DNA from: Octopus vulgaris
Lineage: Eukaryota
DNA: 64,000 nt
NCBI GenBank assembly: GCA_951406725.2
Contig: OX597814.1
Coordinates: 191,704,001-191,768,000 of the forward strand
Direction of reading: 5' to 3'
A program made the translations under genes and the position numbers. Of the stretch, positions 40,772 to 58,229 are shown piece after piece. The notes under the pieces are model-generated. The model was not told the origin of the DNA. It worked only from the letters and a program-made list of their open reading frames with translations, and made no database searches. Numbering within the stretch: position 1 is the first letter of the stretch; each line of letters opens with the position of its first letter.

Positions 40772-41166
40772 CTAGCAGTATCGCCCGGCGTTGCTCGGGT
40801 TGTAAGGGAAATAACTATATAAGCATTTTTAGAGAGTTATAGCCAAAAAATAGCAAAAAAATGCATTAAAAATTGAAAAAAAATTAAGGTAAATTTTTTT
40901 TTTAAATCGTTGACACATCGTAGATATTTTTAGAGAGTTACTTCCCTTATATAAAAGCGAAAAAAATGCATTAAAATGGAAAAATATGATGGTAAATTTT
41001 TTTAAATCGTAGACTCATCGTAGACGCGCGCTAATACCCAGAAGGGCTCGATATGAATCACGACTATAAGATACCCGCTTTTGGTTAAACTGCACCGCAA
41101 AATGTGGGAGTAGTTACGAATCTAAATCGTAGGAGACAGACACACAACTTCACTCTTATATAAAGA
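40772..41166 (-). mobile_element. Non-autonomous Helitron-type element
   Basis: Minus strand starts A|TCTTTATAT and ends CCCGAGCAACGCCGGG hairpin + CTAG|T, with no TSD. Contains an internal ~100 bp direct duplication. Confidence 0.8.
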
Positions 41167-41941
41167 TGCTTTTTTTTTTCAGTCATAGAGTTAGATTTAT
41201 GAAGGTCTTCAGTAGAAAATCCTTCAAATTCTGACTCGCTGCTTGATATAATGAAATTCGTATCCATTTTTTGTCAGAATTACAAATTTTGAAAACACAA
41301 TAGGAACAAATTTCAGAAAAAAATCTCCCATAATTCACGGAATTAAAATTACACTTCGATTTTTGTACAAAACTGTATTTGAAGTGTTTACGAAGTATAA
41401 TACGTGTTTTCACAAATGTACTAAAGAGATTTACTCTGATATTCTCATTTAAATATGAATAGGTAAATTCGGGTGGTTTGGTAACGAAAGGGTTTATATA
41501 AGTGTCGTCTGTTTATACATAAACACTGTTTCATACTTTCAGTTTAGTCTTCCTCAAATCAGTCTGTTGCTATTTACTCTCTTCCAAGAACATTTTCACT
41601 CACTCTTATCTGTTAGCTTGCCATACATTTTACTCATGTATCTATCAGCGTGATAGACAGAAACAAATATTACATCTAGTTTCACTTTATTCGTTGCACA
41701 CTGTGTGTGTGCGTTTGCGTGTGCTGTAAACCAGACTAAGAAAAGCATTTGACATACACACCAGAATGTGAGTTTTCTGTAAATTTTGCTTAATTGGAGT
41801 TTAAATTTAAAAAACTGGACCTGGCAAAACCGGATGCATTCTACTCTTAAAAATGCTAGGTAAATTGTAATTGAAGAAATCCTATATTGTAGATTTCTAT
41901 AACTGACAAAGGGAGGCAGATAAAATCTGCCTTTTATAATA

Positions 41942-41984
<43 letters not shown>

Positions 41985-42406
41985 CACACACACACATATA
42001 TATATTTGACTGTGGGCATGCTGGAGCACTGCTTTTAGATGAACAAATGAAGCCCAGGATATATTCTTTGTAAGCCTAGTATTTTATTCTATCGGTCTCT
42101 TTGGCGAACCGCTAAGTTACAGGGACATAAACACACCAACATAGGTTGTCAAGCAATGGTGGAAGGACAAACAGATACATACATACATACATACATACAC
42201 ACACACATATATATACTTTATTTAAAGCATATTACTCTACCACTGGTATTTGAGTACTCTTTTTTCCACCTTGTTTCACATTTATGTGTTTACTCCGGTA
42301 TATATATATATATATATGACAAATTTCATTCAGTTTCTGTCTACCAAATCCACTCAGAAAGCTTTGGTCAACTTGAGGTTATAGTAGAAGACATTTGTCC
42401 AAGGTG

Positions 42407-42435
<29 letters not shown>

Positions 42436-42440
<5 letters not shown>

Positions 42441-42691
42441 CATACATATGAGAGGGATGACCACCATGTGGACAACCCTTATGCTAGAAGTAGATCCGCT
42501 ATAGTCTTACCACTAAGAAATGTTCTCAAGAAAATTTAGCAAACACCAGAACATAGGCGAGCAAGACAAATGAAAAGTAACTGTTTGCTAAATTTTCTTG
42601 AGAACATTTCTTAGTGGTAAGACCATAGCAGATCTACTTCTAGCATAAGGGTTGTCCACATAGTGGTCATCCCCCTTATATGTATGTAATA
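42436..42691. repeat. Near-perfect palindrome (~110 bp arms); second palindrome adjacent at ~42704-42801
   Basis: GTGGACAACCCTTATGCTAGAAGTAGATC / GATCTACTTCTAGCATAAGGGTTGTCCAC. Confidence 0.9.
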
Positions 42692-42799
42692 CAATTTACT
42701 GAACCTTCAGATTTTAATATGCTAGACCACTGGTGTTAAATTGATGTTAAATAAATCAATATCAATTTAAACCAGTGGCCTAGCATATTGAAATACTGG

Positions 42800-43730
42800 A
42801 AATGTGCAGAGAACAGCTTCTGTCACATTCCAGGGAGAAAAACTAGAAGTAGTTGATAGCTTCTGTTACCTGGGGGACCAAGTTAGTAGCAGGGGTGGAT
42901 GCTCTGAAAGTATAGCTGCTAGAATAAGAATAGCCTGGGCAAAGTTCAGAGAGCTCCTACCTCTGCTGGTGACAAAGGTCCTCTCACTCAGAGCAAAAGG
43001 TAGACTGTATGTATGATGCATGTGTGTGAACAGCCATGCTACATGGCAGTGAAACATGGGCCGTGACTGCTGAAGACATGCGTAAGCTTGCAAGGAACGA
43101 AGCAAGTATGCTCCGCTGGATGTGTAATGTCAGTGTGCATACACAACAGAGTGTAAGTGCCCTGAGAGAAAAGTTGAATTTAAGAAGCATCAGATGTGGT
43201 GTGCAAGAGAGACAACTGTGTTGGTATGGTCATGTGTTGCGAATGAATGAGGACAGCTGTGTGAAAAGGTGTCACACTCCAGCAGTTGAAGGAACCTGTG
43301 GAAGAGGTAGATTAGGAAGACCTGGAATGAGGTGGTGAAGCATGATCTTCGAACATTGAGCCTTACTGAGACAATGACTAGTGACTGGGACCTTTGGAGA
43401 TATGCTGAGCTTAAGAAGACCCGACAAGCCAAGTGAGACCATAGCCCATGGCCTATGCTGGTGGGTGTAACCAGCCCACTTATGAGTACCCCTCATTCAC
43501 TGGACAATGAACTTTGCTTACGAAGACCTATTGAGGCAAGTGTAAACAAATCTAAATCGCTGATGTGGCCGATGACATTACCACCTGATTGGCACTTGTG
43601 CCAGTGGAATGTTAAACACACAACTGTGTGTGATTGTTGCCAGGGCCATGGATTGAAAAACATTTGAGTGTAGTTATTGCCAGTGCCGCTTGACTGGCTC
43701 CCGTGCAGGTAGCACATAAAAACACCTTTT
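42800..43730 (+). mobile_element. RTE LINE 3' fragment, same family as 31235
   Basis: FQGEKLEVVDSFCYLG...MLHGSETW...WYGHV; frameshifted; 3' UTR motifs follow. Confidence 0.9.
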
Positions 43731-43749
43731 GAGTGTGGTTGTTGCTGAA

Positions 43750-43842
43750 ATATGGAGAGGGGGTAAGTTGATTATATTGACCCCAGTACTCAACAGGTAC
43801 TTAATTTATCAACCCCGAAAGGATGAAAGGCGAAGTCAACCC

Positions 43843-43878
<36 letters not shown>

Positions 43879-44289
43879 CCTTTCTACTATAGGCACAAGG
43901 CCTCAAATTTGTGTTGATTACATCGACACCAGTGTTCCACTGGTACTTAATTTATTGGCCCTGAAAAGATGAAAAGCAAAGTCAACCTCAGTGGAATTTG
44001 AACTCAGAACGTAAAGACAGGTGAAATACTGCTAAGCATTTCACCCAGCGTGCTAATGATTCTGCCAGCTTACCACCTAATAATAATAATAATAATACTT
44101 TCTATTGGAGACACAAGGCCTCAAATTTGTGGGGACAGGACTAGTTGATTACATCAACCCCAGTGTTCCACTGCTACTTAAATTATCGAACCCGAAAAGA
44201 TGAAAGGCCAAGTCGACTATGGTGGAATTTGAAACTCAGAACATAAAGCATATTGCCCAGTGTGTTAATGATTTTGCCAGCTCATTGCC

Positions 44290-44292
<3 letters not shown>
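43750..44292 (-). mobile_element. Three family-A SINE copies separated by (AAT)n
   Basis: Repeated GAAAGGATGAAAGGCAAAGTC domain; subfamily with AGGCACAAGGCC tail; (AAT)n spacers. Confidence 0.8.
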
Positions 44293-44327
<35 letters not shown>

Positions 44328-45524
44328 TATTATAATAATAATGATGATGATGTTTTGTTCAACATCCTTAAACAATCCTTATTCAGGGACCTTTTGAGTG
44401 GGATGGGCTACTCAACCAAAAGAAAATTCTAATTGGGCCCCACCTGTTTATCTTGATATGAGATCACCATGTCGTGCACATATGGTTGTGATCATCATCA
44501 TCATTGTTTGACCATGGTCGAGACTTTCATAGTCTTTTCAAATGGCTAATAATGTGTGCGCGCACCACTACTACATACATTAGAAAGCATTGTACAACCA
44601 AGTACTAAAGAAGATCTTTCCTCCTCCATGAAACAAAGCTGTTCCTGCTGGACGTCGACCCAGTATTTCTAAGCTACGGACCGAGTGATTTATTGTAAGG
44701 TTATCTCCCTAGATAGATTGCCTTCACTACGGCTAAGGAGCCCTTTCTACCCCATGGTTGTGATGCATGTGCCTGGTCTACCCTTATCAGATGGGTAGTC
44801 ATGATGGGTATACTGGGCTTCGTATATTTTACCCCAGTGTCACTTTGATGGCATGCACTGTTCTTTCACTCAATAATAATAATATTTACTCCTACCTTTC
44901 TCTGATCTCCACCTGAGACACTAAGTACCTTTTCTTTTCTCCCCAAACTTCTCATTACTTCCCATTTCTCATCTGTATAGTTTTATTAAAGTGCTGCTCC
45001 CTGCTCTACATTTTTTTGAATTGCCTCTTATCACCTCCTTCTCCCTGGTCCATTCTTATTTCCTTCAGCTTTCTTCCAAACAGGTTTTCCCTATTGTTCA
45101 TGTCCTATCCCCTGTTTGCTATTCACTGCATCACCCCTATCTTATATTCCCTCTGTCTTACCATCTGTCATTCATCTCACATTCTTACAAACCTACCCGA
45201 TCCTCTGTCCTGACCCCTATCATCTGTTTGTTCTTCTGTCCCCATCTCCCTCACATTCACCCTTTTGAACCTTGAAGGTAGGTTCAGATATCTTACCACA
45301 ACCATCTTTTTTCCTTTTCCAGCTGGGAGTAACCCGTAGCCATGCATCTCCTCTACAGTAGGACACTCGTTCCTATCCTTTACTTCTCAATACCTGGTGC
45401 AACCTGTTTCCTTCTATATTACACAATCCTCAAAGAAGGGGGTCTTGTCTTGTGAGCTACTCAGCAACCTCACAAGTGCAGGGGATATAAAATATTGATA
45501 CTAATTGATAATAAATACATACAT

Positions 45525-45631
45525 ACGCTTGCTTTGGCAGTACACATATTAAAATTGGGAAAATACAGAGACAATTAACATGGCCCCTGCAACAAGGATG
45601 ACACCCAGATTTGTGAAGCATTCCATATTTT
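45525..45631 (+). pseudogene. U6: U6 snRNA pseudogene (near full length)
   Basis: GCTTGCTTTGGCAGTACACATATTAAAATTGGGAAAATACAGAGACAATTAACATGGCCCCTGCAACAAGGATGACACCCAGATTTGTGAAGCATTCCATATTTT aligns along U6, including the ACAGAGA box. Many changes are CpG->TpG/CpA, and the catalytic AGC triad reads AAC. Confidence 0.93.
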
Positions 45632-46018
45632 CCAGACCATGCTTTTAATGATCATTTCTTAAGAATAAAAGAATGCACATACATACACACATATATGCAT
45701 GTATTTATAACACATATTCATGTTAGTATATATATATATATATATTTATATAGTACATATTCTTTTGTTTTTTTACTTCCTTTAGTCATTTGACTGTGGC
45801 CATGCTGGAGAACTGCCTTAAAGGGTTTTAGTTGAAGAAATCGACCACAGGACTTATTCTTTGTAAGCCTTGTACTTATTCCATCGGTCTCTCTTTTGCT
45901 GAACTGGTAAGTTACGGGGAACTTAAATACACCAACATCAGTTGTCAAGCGATGGTGGGAAGACAAACACAGACTCACATGCATATACATATCTCTATAT
46001 ATAAATATATATATATAT

Positions 46019-46238
46019 ATATTTCTTTACTACCCACAAGGGGCTAAACATAGAGGGGACAAACGGATTAAGTCGATTACATCAACCCAGTGCGAAACTG
46101 GTACTTTATTTATCGACCCCGAGAGGATGAAAGGCAAAGTCGACCTCGGCGGAATTTGAACTCAGAACGTAACGACAGACGAAATACGGTTACGCATTTC
46201 GCCCGGCGCGCTAACGTTTCTGCCAGCTCGCCGCCTTA
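46019..46238 (-). mobile_element. Young monomer of SINE family A (others at ~1030-1225 +, 9000-9175 -, 9668-9885 -, 25203-25528 -)
   Basis: Full head GGCGGCGAGCTGGCAGAAACGTTAGC...GAGTTCAAATTCCGCC with CpGs intact. Confidence 0.85.
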
Positions 46239-47054
46239 TATACTGTATATGTGTGTGTTTCCGTCTACCAAACCCACTCACATGACATTTGTCCAAGGTA
46301 CCATGCAGTGGGACTGAACCTGGAACCATGTGATTGGGAATCCAACTTCTTACCACACAGTCTTCGCGTTGTTTTTTCTTTGTTCATGTTTGGATTGACT
46401 ACATATATACATATATATATATAACACACTCAGACACACACACACATAATTTATGTGTGGTGTATCGATGTGAATATGCGTATGTGTGTATGTATGGACA
46501 CACACACACATCATATATAATATATACGTATATATCTTTCAGAAGCTGCTCCCTATCCACCACTCCACTGGCACGTTCCATATACTTACTACAAGACTGA
46601 CGGATGCCAGTCCAAACACACACAGACACAGATATTATAGATGACGACGATGACGACCAACCCTTCTGGCGAGAAAGGCATATGATCGTCCAGTCGTTCG
46701 ATTAACTCAACAGCCGAGTCATTGAAGTAGCGTGTAAGCAGCAGAGTATTTCCACAGACACGTGCACTCTTAACGTAATTCTCACTTACAACCAGCGTGA
46801 TACAAGTAAGAAAGGCTGGACCTTTGAATTTACAGGTACGGTTCATCTATACAGTTTTTTCACCCCCCCCACTCTACCTAGTTTCATTCACTAAGACGAA
46901 GCTGTGACTTAAAGACACTCGGGCCCAAAAGTCCACCTTCTTAGCCACTCGGGCATGCCTGTATATATTACGTTTGTGTGTGTGTGCCTCCGTAGATTTA
47001 TACACACATATTACAAACACACACACCCAATGCATATTATGTATATATATATAT

Positions 47055-47370
47055 ATAGATGTCTGTATGTATACACACACACACATATATATATAGAGAG
47101 AGATACGCGTATATATATATATATATATGTCTGTATGTATACACACACATATATAGAGAGAGAGATACGCGTATATATATATATATATGTCTATGTATAC
47201 ACACACATATATATAGAGAGAGATACGCGTATATATATATGTCTATGTATACACACACATATATAGAGAGAGAGATACGCGTATATATATATTATATATA
47301 TATATATGTCTATGTATACACACACACACATATATATATAGAGAGAGATAGATACGCGTATATATATATA
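47055..47370. repeat. ~60 bp minisatellite (GTCTRTRTATACACAC..ATAGAGAGAGATACGCGTATATAT), 5 copies
   Basis: Recurrent AGATACGCGT marker at ~47101, 47163, 47221, 47273 and 47350. Confidence 0.85.
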
Positions 47371-48189
47371 TGTGTGTGTATTTACAAGCTACGTAATATA
47401 TACACAGTGTGTGTGTGTATATATATATACACACCTACATATATACACATACACACCTACATATATAAATTACATACACGCCTCATCCTTCATTTTCCTT
47501 TAAACTACTGTTGATTTAAGCTCTTCGTTTTGTCGTTTTTCTCCTTTAGTATTGTATTTCCTTTTCCCGTTGTTTGCACGATAAGGTTTGAATTTGTCTC
47601 CAGGAAAAGATGGATCCTTGTTTGTTGAATCAATAGTGTTACTCACTGGTGTCTGATTCATACCGGACTGTAGTAATTGTTATGAATCTCACTCGGTGTT
47701 TAAAAGCAGTTAATGCTTCATAACGTCTTATAAAGTCATTCATTCCCTCAAATACATATATTCTTCTGTTTCGCTTATTTCTCTATTGTACGGGGAAGGT
47801 TTTAAATTTTGTTTTTATTCAATTATCTATTCATTCATTTATTAAGCATCATATGACGAGTGTCTCGGGAGAATGACTACATCCAGGTAGATTCTGAATT
47901 TAATCTGTTTAATCCTGTAGGTCACATTCAGAAGAGAAAAGTATAAAAGAAATGTTATAATTGCAGACGACAGTGCGAAGACGAAAAAATAAAATAGAAA
48001 GAAGGAGAAGAGATAAAAGGGGGGGGGGGGGGAAAGACAAAGAAGCGAAAGCGGAAAAAAAAAAAAAAAATGAAAGGAAAAAGGTGTAAAGGAAAGAATA
48101 AGAAATGAAAACAGATATATGAAAAACGCTTCAGTAGTATAATTTTCGAATAAAATAGATAGTAAAAAGGTTAGTGAATAAACTGAAAG

Positions 48190-48384
48190 TTTTCTACTAC
48201 ATGCGTTTTGTTGGCAGCCGGTAGAATTTCAGACCCTAGTCGCTTCCAGGCAGCGGACGTTGAAGAAAAGACGGAGCAAGCCACGGCGCGGTTGTAGTTT
48301 TTTTCGAAGTGCGCTTGAAATCCTCTCCTCAATTTCTGTATTTGATAAAAAGAGAGAGAAAAAAAACAACAGAAAACCATTCCG
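48190..48384 (+). promoter_or_regulatory. Putative promoter / non-coding first exon of the CerS gene
   Basis: Unique, CpG-rich, TE-free segment about 1 kb upstream of the acceptor-bearing coding exon. Candidate donor CCG|GTATCT at 48385. Poly-G/poly-A tract just upstream (~48019-48070). Confidence 0.4.
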
Positions 48385-48779
48385 GTATCTTATTTATTGT
48401 ATGTGTGGGTTATGAAGGTTTTGAAAAAGAAAGCTCATTTCTCCGATAACCACAAGTGTTGCGATTTAACCTTTCTCTTTTACATATGCATTGGGTGCTT
48501 TCTCTTTCTCTTCGAGGTATCACCGTGATTTCATTAATTTTACAATTTCACCATAACCTTGCTTTGTTGGTATCATTAATAAATTTTTGTCCTTGAGGTC
48601 AAATACATACATATATATATATATTTTTTTTTTTTACATTTTTATTTAAAAAATTTATTCTGTTAATTAGCAATCCTTTCAACATCTCTAATCCACAAAC
48701 CCAGCCTTTTATTATATCGCTACCTCTGTGTAATCTATGTTTCACTCTGTCCTTCCCTCTCTATCTCTCTGTCTCTTTC

Positions 48780-49160
48780 TCGCAACACCTCCTACTACAA
48801 TTGTCCAAAGTATCTATCAATATTTTCCCAACCTCCTTCTCCTCTCTCACTCGTACTACATTCACAACACCTCCTACTACAATTGTCCAAAGTATCTATC
48901 TATCAAGATATTCCGGGGCCCCTCTCCTCCTTCTCCCCTTCTCTCACTTTTGCTATACTCGCAACGCCTCCTACTACAATTGTCCAAAGTACCTATCTAA
49001 ATACGCCCGGCCTCTTTCCCCTCCTTCTCTTCCTCCCTCACTCTCACTATACTCTATCAAGATATTCCCTGCCTCCTCTCCCTCCTCCTCCCTTCTCCCT
49101 CACTCTCACTAAACTCGCAACGCCTCTTACCACAACTGTCCAAAGACTTTATCTAAATAT
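48780..49160. repeat. Four copies of CGCAACRCCTCCTACTACAATTGTCCAAAG within a pyrimidine-rich tract
   Basis: Copies at ~48781, 48862, 48960 and 49116. Confidence 0.8.
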
Positions 49161-49436
49161 TCCCGTCCTCCTCCTCCTCCACCAACCCCTCCTTCTTATT
49201 CTCCTCTCCTCTCCTCTCCTCCACTTTCACTCTCCATATATTCTTTATCCGCTCGTTCCTCTCACTACTCCACCTACACTGTTGCTTAAGTTTATAATCA
49301 CTGTTTTCACCCATCATTATCCGGCTAGCTCACTCCACTCCTCTATATAACGCTTTTATGTAGCGCTCTTGTTTCGTTTGCAGTTCACGTTTTGGCAGCA
49401 ACCTGGCAGCAGATTATTTTGGCCGAGTTTGTGGAT

Positions 49437-49621
49437 ATGGACGCTCTTTGGACGGATATCAAAGCTACGATTTGGAGTGAAAAGTTCTGGTTCCCCAAGA
49501 ATTTATCATGGGAATCCTTAGAAAACAAAGACGACGGGATATATCATCCACAACTTGGCGACTTATCTTTAGCTTTACCCATGGCATTGTTCCTGTCGAT
49601 ATTTCGGATTTGCTTAGAAAG
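49437..49621 (+). CDS. CERS: Ceramide synthase (LASS/CerS, CerS5/6-like) first coding exon; the gene continues beyond the recognisable sequence
   Basis: MDALWTDIKATIWSEKFWFPKNLSWESLENKDDGIYHPQLGDLSLALPMALFLSIFRICLER matches the CerS N-terminus pattern (W-x-E-x-FW-x-P-x-N-x-[ST]-W, N-glycosylation sequon, first TM helix ending R-x-x-x-ER). It ends at an AG|GTGAGA donor (49622, phase 2). An acceptor TTTGCAG at 49377-49383 lies upstream. Confidence 0.9.
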
Positions 49622-49689
49622 GTGAGATCTCATGCTTTTATTGTTTTTCTTGGTAACTATACGTAAACTGTACGTTTTTCGTTACTCAT

Positions 49690-53760
<4,071 letters not shown>

Positions 53761-54711
53761 TGAATATGATAGATGTACACAGGTAGTATGTGGTTTTATT
53801 TGTGTATGACATATATGAAATTATGTATAATGAAAGGTGTGCGTGTATAAGTGTGTATACGCGTATATATAGATATGTGTGTGTATTAAACACGTAAATA
53901 TACATACGTGCAGTAAATTCGTGTATAAGTATATATTATCTATCTACCTCTGAGTAGATCCATTTGGAGAAATAAGTATTATATAAAATATTTGTTGGTA
54001 ATACACGTATATTTTGAATAACCCCTGTCAATTCTCCAAATGGATCTACCCATACATATGTAAATTATATATATACCTATTATACACGTATTTATAGTAT
54101 GTACACATTTTTACATGTTTAACACACGCACGCTCGCGCACACACACATGCTCAATCATCACCCACATCTCTCTTTCTCCCTCTTGCACACACTCTATAT
54201 ACCTTTGACTGTACATATATACACTTATGACACATACTCTCAGGCGCGCGCCGCGTATATGCATGTATAATATATATACAATGATGTGGTTAAGAAACCC
54301 TGGTTTGCAACTGTGTGGTTTCGGGTTCAGTCCCACTGTATGGAAAGTTGGGCAAAGCTCGGAGCCAACCAATGTCTTGCGAGTAAGTTTGGTGGGTGGA
54401 GACTGTGTGGAAGCCCGTCGCGCGCGCTTGCGTTTGGTGATATATGATTTTTATCTACGTATTTTATTAATAGGCGCAGGAGTGGGTGTGTGGTAAGAAG
54501 CTTGCTTACTAACCACACGGTTCCGGGTTCAGTCCCACTGTGTGACACTTTGGGCAAGTGTCTTCTACTACAGCCTCGGGCCGACGAAAGCCTTGTGAGT
54601 GGATTTGGTAGTCGGAAACTGAAAGAAGCCTGTCGTACATGTGTGTGTGTATATATGATAGATCGTTAGCTCCTACACGCATTTTTTTTCTCTTGTTTAT
54701 TTTTCTGTGTA

Positions 54712-54749
54712 TCTTTCTGTCGAAGAGCGTAGCCTCGAAACGTAAAAGA
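54712..54749 (+). ncRNA. Minimal hammerhead-like motif (core CTGTCGA)
   Basis: TCTTT-CTGTCGA-A GAG CGTAGC CTC-GAAA-C-GTA-AAAGA: stem I TCTTT/AAAGA, palindromic ACGT stem III; A6 is replaced by U. Confidence 0.45.
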
Positions 54750-54838
54750 CTTTTTCTATTCCTGAGCGCCAAACTAATACATTTGTTTGTACTCCACCTG
54801 CCTTCGTCTTTTGTTTATTTTCGTAAACTTTCCCTTGC

Positions 54839-54881
<43 letters not shown>

Positions 54882-57192
54882 TTGTCCCCCAACGTCGCTT
54901 GACAACTGATGCTGGTGTGCTTAGGTCCGGCAAAAGAATAAGTACTAAGCTTACAAAGAGTAAGTCGATTTGCTCGATAAAGGTGGTGCTCCAGCATGTC
55001 CGCAGTCAAACGTGTTGGTTTGTTTACATCTAAGTAGCTTAGCGATTCGGCAAAAGGGTACTATATAAGTATATATTTGTTACGCTAAACTCTTTGAGAA
55101 GTCGCCCTGGTATGGCTGCTGTTCATTGACTGAAACAAGTAAAAGATGTAGATAACATCATTTAACGTCTGCTTTCCGTCCTGCGTATGTATATACACTC
55201 GCAAACGTGTATGAATGTGTGTGTATGTATATACACTAGATCACGTGTGTGGGTTTTATATATGTATAAATATATGTACTCGCACATGTGTGTGTGTGTG
55301 TGTGTATATATATACATTCGCACAGTTGTGTGTGTGTGTATATATATATACACCTGTGCGAGTGTATATACAGGTGTGTGTGTGTAAGTATATATACTTG
55401 CACAGGTGTGTGCAAGTGTATATATACACACACCTGTGCGAGTGTATATACAGGTGTGTGTGTGTGTGTATGTATATATACTTGCACAGGTGTGTGTATG
55501 TATATGCACTCACACAGGTGTATGTATATACATTCGCGCAGATGTGTGCCTGTATGTATATATGTATATACACTCGCACAGGTGTGTGTGTGTGTGTGTA
55601 TATATACACTCGCACAAGTGTGTGTATACACTTGCACAGGTACGTGTGTGTGTATATGTGTCTGCACTCGCACAGGTGTGTGTGTATGTGTGTATATTAT
55701 GTATGTATATTATTGATCTCTATGCATATATGTATATTTGTATGTACACCCTTCATGTGACTATATATATATATATATATATATAGTGTGTGTATATACT
55801 CATGTTTGTAAATATACACACGCACACTTTTATAATATTCTCTTATTTGCTCAGATGGCATACTAGAAGCTGTCTGGGCTTTATAGTAACCAGGGTAAGA
55901 ACAAATTGGAGTGCATCCCACCCAACACATCTGCTTTTGTTTTTGATTCAGTCATTTAATATGTAGAACTGCCTACTCCAGTTTTTCGCTGAGACCATTC
56001 ACCCATCTTACTACCAGGAACCATTTAACTGTCATCCGTGTTTTGTTCTTGATGCTCTTCTCTCCACTCACTGTTTACATTGATCACCTGAGTCACCAAC
56101 TTCCCTCCTCCACCACCACCATGCATCTCTCTGTCCCTGCAATCAATGTATCTGTCCTATATGTGTACAGACTACTCAATCATATGTCATCTCCTTTTTT
56201 CGCTTATTGATCATCTCCTCTCTTTTTTTCTGCCCACTATCATCATTATTATTATTATTCTGATGCTCTCCACCCACTTTCTGCTTTGTCAGTCACCTCC
56301 CCTCCCTTATCCAATGCATGTATCATTGGTCATCCCTCAACCAACCTCTTCATCTCTACCCAATTTCTAAAGTTGTCACCTACTCTTCTCTCTTCCTTAT
56401 CTCTCCCTGCTTATCAGCCCCCAACGCTTATTCTTCATTATATTCACTTTTTCACCCATTCCCTATCTCTAACCACCCATCACTCCCCTATACACCCTTA
56501 AAACCCACACTTGTCCCTCTGTGCCTACTCCAACTCACTCTGTATATTGTAGGTTCACTCTCACACCTCACCAATCGTATATTCATCTTTTTCCAGTTCC
56601 ATCCTGTGAACTTCTGCTCTCTATAATGTGAGCAGCTCTGTAGCATTGCTACAGTAAGAAACCTGTTCTGTACAGTTTTGGCCCCTTTTCATCTGTAGCC
56701 TCTCTTAGTGGAAGGCAAACCTTAGTCTTGCAGGTTGTATGACAATCTCACTAGTGTTGATGCCATAAAAAATATACACTGTAAAGTGCTTAACATTAGG
56801 AAGGGTATTCAGCTGTAAAAACCATGGCCAAAATGGACATTCGTTTATTTTGGAATGTTTCCAGTGACTTGATCTAATCTTCAGACCTTTTTTCAAACTG
56901 TTCAATTCTTGCCAGTATGGAACATGGATATTAAATTATTATGATGGCATATATATATATATATATATATATATACCATCATAATTAGATATCATTTCTA
57001 AATTAACTATTACTTAACTATCCTCTCACACCGTCTTCAATAAAGGGATATACTAAATATCCTGGAAACAGCTGTAAGACCTATCTATAAATGTTTTAAA
57101 ATCTATTCAGCCTTGTTTTTTTTTTATCTCATTATGAATATATATATAGTATATATAAACAAAAGAGAGGGTGTATTTCCATGCAGGAAAAA

Positions 57193-57447
57193 ATAGGCAA
57201 ATTTGTTGTTGGAAATGTGCCTAAATTTGAAAAATTTGTAATTGTTTAAAATAAATTTATTTACATATATACCAAACTAGTTTCAACAATTTTTGTTTAT
57301 CAATGGTAAAAATTTTGAATTATGAATTAGAAAAACATGCTTAAAAGTTTCAATGTTGACTAGTTTGGTATATATGTAAATAAATTTATTTTAAACAATT
57401 ACAAGTTTCTCAAATTTAGGTGCATTTTCAACAACAAATTTGCCTAT
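57193..57447. repeat. Foldback element of the same family as 21583
   Basis: ATAGGCAAATTTGTTGTTG...CAACAACAAATTTGCCTAT; hammerhead motif on the minus strand at 57270-57308. Confidence 0.8.
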
Positions 57448-58229
57448 ATATATGTATGATATAAACAAAAATGAATTAGAAATATCTTGGTCATAAATAC
57501 AAGAATATCAAATACCATACAGCATAAATTCTCAAATTATTGAAATTATCTCCACCCGTAGAGGATGTGACATGATTACCAAATGGCAGTCGGGACTAGT
57601 TCCACTTGAGAAGGAGAAAATCTCAAGAATTCTAAGTTCACATGCCATTAAGGGAAGGGACAGGCTTATTTCCTGCTGAGAGGAGGACAGTTGTAGACAG
57701 GTTTCTGCCTCAGTAGTCATCATCAACATAAGTGCCCAGTGGATGTATGTGTGTGTGTGTACTATGTATACAAATACACATATTTAATGAAATGGACTCC
57801 AAAGACGTAGGTGTTGATCTGATAAAAAAAAAAAAGCGAACTTCCTGTGAGAAGTGGAAAAATCCAATGTCTTGGACAGCCCTTTTTCAAGGAAAAGTTT
57901 AAAGGAGAGAAATTAACGAGACGACAGTTTTACATCCTATAAGTTAAAAAAAAAAAACTGGCTGTAACTGATGAGGGATGCAAGGCCACATTGGTCTCAT
58001 GTGTGAACAAGAATTGGTAGGAGAAACAGTAGGAAAAGGTGGAAAGAAAGAGGTGTGGAATGGGTGGAAGCAGGCAAAATGAAGAGTGAGGTGAAGGGAA
58101 TGTAGATCCAAGGCTTTGTTCAACCTGGAGCTGTAGAAGTCTCTTGGGACTGGACTGAAAACCATGTGGTTGTGAACCAAACTTCTTAACCATACAGCCA
58201 TGCCTGTGACTGCCATATAATCGTATATG

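Noticed and set aside
41170-41945. SSSESEFEGFSTEDL acidic peptide and a TC-start terminus at ~41945 (possible transposon or Helitron piece)
   Set aside because: Too fragmentary to classify; no second terminus identified.
49392-49436. ORF-track N-terminal extension of CerS from a TTG start
   Set aside because: Non-ATG start; homology begins at ATG 49437.
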